DNA of 32,000 bases from NCBI GenBank assembly GCA_041661045.1, contig JBAZVE010000001.1, forward strand, positions 1,200,001-1,232,000, in the 5' to 3' direction. This document shows positions 30,194 to 32,000 of the stretch, piece by piece. The notes under the pieces were generated by a model. It was not told the origin of the DNA. It made no database searches and saw only the letters and a program-made list of their open reading frames with translations. Both the position numbers and the translations under genes were made by a program. The number at the start of each line of letters is the position of its first letter. Within the stretch, counting starts at the first letter, position 1. This DNA is from Candidatus Saccharimonadota bacterium (GTDB lineage Bacteria; Patescibacteriota; Gracilibacteria; UBA1369; 2-02-FULL-48-14).

Positions 30194-32000
30194 TTATTTA
30201 AAACTTTCAAAAATTACCTTCATGTCATCAAAAATAGCTGGTTTTTCTTCCAAGGCAATTTCAACATATGCTTTTCTAACTTTTATCTTATCTTCTTCAA
30301 AAATTCTACCGCAGAAAATAGAAAATATTTCTTTCCCTTGAAATTCATTTTTCCAATTATCGCTCGAGAGTGCTGCTTCGAGCCTGGCCTGTTCAGAATC
30401 CATCCACTGCTTTAAATTTTCTTCCGACAAATCTGTGGATAACTTGGATATAGAGCTCAGGGTACTGCTAATCATTTCTAATTTTATTGTATCTAAATCT
30501 TTTGTTTCTACTGCTCGAATTGTCGATATTTCAAAACCGTGATTTAAAGCAAGGTATTCCTTGGTATTTTGTAGCAAATTTAATTTTAGCGATTCGGTCG
30601 CAATTTCTTTGATTTTCGTCTCAATGAAAGTCTGTGTTAGGTCTGTCTTTTTCGCTGTTATACAAAATCTTTCCGCGACTTTAAAAAGAATTTCTGAATC
30701 CAGGAAATAATTTTCAAGGTGTCTCTTTTTTAGGCATTTTATTTTACCGCTAGTTTCAACAGTACTTATTTGTTCATCCGAAAGACCATCCCTATCGCGA
30801 ATCAGGTAAAGATCTATTCCAAAAATTGAATTTCTTATCTCTTGCTCAAATGCATTAAGAGCAATTAATTTTTCAACGGATCCTATTGGTACAATCTTTG
30901 CTTCTGGTAGATATTTTTGTGCAATTGCATGGTAGGTCAAACGGTCTAAACTGCTGCCCTCACCCTCAACAAAAACAAGTTTCTTACCTACAGCAAAGAG
31001 GCCAAGATTCTCTCCAATCAATTGCACGAGTTCTTTATGGCTGTGATTAAGCTCGCTAAGCTTATGTGCTTGGTTTGAACCCGTTTGCACAGAGTCTATA
31101 AAATAAACGTCTCCGGTAGAATAATATGTGGAAATTAAATCAGCAGAGTGCGTTAGGAAGATAAATTGATTCGTATGGTCACCAATGGTTTTTAAAGTTT
31201 CTATTAACTTAAAAGCCAATGTTGGATGTAGATGTAGTTCCGGCTCATCAACAATAATTACGGAATGTTTTATATCTTTTCTCGCAACATCAAAAATCAC
31301 TTTAACGACTTCTTGCTCACCAGAGCTTAGAGAGCTAAACGGTAAAATATTACCAGTGGTGTCTTTATATTGAAATTCTCGTGGGGATTCTGGTTTGATG
31401 TCCTGTAATTCCTTCCCTGGTAATAGTTGCACAAAAATTTCCTTGTACTTATCCAATGGATCAGGATTCTCCTGAATGATTCTTTCACCTTCGCTTGGAT
31501 TTTTCTTTAGCTCGTCTGCAAGTTTTTTATCGCGGACTGCATATTTTTGATAAATATATGTCATGAAATCCTGCCACCTACTTGTAAAGTTCCCATAACC
31601 CCAATTATAGGGGGTGTCCGAGTCATCCGGATCTGATCCGAGCCAATTGACCTGCGGATAGTTCACTGTTTTTATATTTCTGTCGGAGTCAATCTGAACA
31701 AGAGAGCCAACATATCTAGCCCGGCCTCCAAAACGTCGATTCTGTATATACTGCTGTAAAGATTGATTTACTTGTCCTTGTTGAGTGGTAATGGAAGTTC
31801 CTCGAAAGGCAGTAGTTTCCTCTTCCCTTGTGGCTAGCACCGTTAGCGTCAACTGTGAGTCTCCTTGCAAAGTTTGTACTAACGCTCCTTTTAGTCTCGT
31901 TTTCCCCGACCCATTTGCTCCCGCAATTATCACGATATCACCTAAATTTTCAAACTTTAGATTTTTAATCGGCGGAAAATCTTTGATTTCTAGTGACTGT
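30194..32000 (-). CDS. ABC/SMC-type ATPase fused to a Toprim-like (OLD-family / DUF4435-like) nuclease domain; 5' end beyond the window
   Basis: At least 602 aa. The frame is open to the window edge (...QSLEIKDFPPIKNLKFENLGDIV before the track's GTG at 31933). ATPase motifs are Walker A GANGSGKT, signature LSSGEQ, Walker B VIIVDEPELHLHP and H-loop FLTHS. These are followed by KLVFVEGEGSSLD, YLIRDRDG and KKRHLENYF, which correspond to the Toprim Glu, DxD and ENY motifs. Confidence 0.75.
   Translation of the reverse strand, partial: QSLEIKDFPPIKNLKFENLGDIVIIAGANGSGKTRLKGALVQTLQGDSQLTLTVLATREEETTAFRGTSITTQQGQVNQSLQQYIQNRRFGGRARYVGSLVQIDSDRNIKTVNYPQVNWLGSDPDDSDTPYNWGYGNFTSRWQDFMTYIYQKYAVRDKKLADELKKNPSEGERIIQENPDPLDKYKEIFVQLLPGKELQDIKPESPREFQYKDTTGNILPFSSLSSGEQEVVKVIFDVARKDIKHSVIIVDEPELHLHPTLAFKLIETLKTIGDHTNQFIFLTHSADLISTYYSTGDVYFIDSVQTGSNQAHKLSELNHSHKELVQLIGENLGLFAVGKKLVFVEGEGSSLDRLTYHAIAQKYLPEAKIVPIGSVEKLIALNAFEQEIRNSIFGIDLYLIRDRDGLSDEQISTVETSGKIKCLKKRHLENYFLDSEILFKVAERFCITAKKTDLTQTFIETKIKEIATESLKLNLLQNTKEYLALNHGFEISTIRAVETKDLDTIKLEMISSTLSSISKLSTDLSEENLKQWMDSEQARLEAALSSDNWKNEFQGKEIFSIFCGRIFEEDKIKVRKAYVEIALEEKPAIFDDMKVIFESFK

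Noticed and set aside
30184-30210. TTG start for hsdS at 30210, overlapping the upstream ATPase-Toprim gene by 17 nt. Similarly, a TTG start at 5602 for the 639-aa ORFan.
   Set aside because: In-frame ATGs (30183 and 5620) give N-termini that fit better. For HsdS this is MTMIKTTIPKEWK. They also avoid placing a start codon inside a predicted -10 box or a neighbouring gene. The alternatives cannot be excluded without homologue alignments.
1-32000. A search for CRISPR arrays, rRNA genes, integrases or transposases, IS-type terminal inverted repeats and reverse transcriptases.
   Set aside because: No regularly spaced repeats of 24-40 bp were seen, and no ORF has recombinase, transposase or RT motifs. 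The left border of the low-GC island (25010..25038) shows no obvious att-like repeat. The right border lies outside the window.

Overview
This is a 32-kb window of a compact bacterial chromosome. Core genes sampled by eye run about 50-57% GC. Almost no gene has a Shine-Dalgarno sequence. The gene content points to an uncultivated small-genome lineage, possibly CPR/Patescibacteria-like; this is an inference only. It rests on an archaeal-type PEP carboxylase, a TrmB-type regulator, a sigma region 4 plus HARE-HTH protein, and many ORFans.

Housekeeping genes I can support:
- a class I/II aminotransferase, truncated at the 5' end
- ppcA (archaeal type) and dcd
- purC-purE-purB, where purE looks class II
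- a mini MGMT, valS, a HIT protein and tRNA-Leu(UAG)
- dnaE and aspS

Three parts look accessory:
1. 3.9-9.0 kb is a somewhat lower-GC block. It holds a 487-aa protein with SF3-helicase-like motifs A/B/C, a divergent 639-aa ORFan, a TrmB-family regulator and an acidic 207-aa ORFan.
2. 22.5-23.2 kb is a roughly 37% GC mini-island. It holds a solitary MazF/PemK-like toxin gene preceded by three 11-bp direct repeats. Downstream are a minus-strand promoter and two minus-strand intrinsic terminators, which together suggest a candidate convergent small RNA.
3. 25.0 kb to the window end is a roughly 33-42% GC island carrying one tightly packed minus-strand operon. Its order is an OLD-like ABC-ATPase/Toprim protein (5' end off the window), hsdS, hsdR and a DUF45/YgjP-like zinc peptidase.

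The ATPase-Toprim gene embedded in the type I R-M operon is my top candidate for an undescribed composite defence system.

I found no CRISPR array, rRNA gene, integrase or transposase. All function calls rest on motif recognition by eye. No database search was run.
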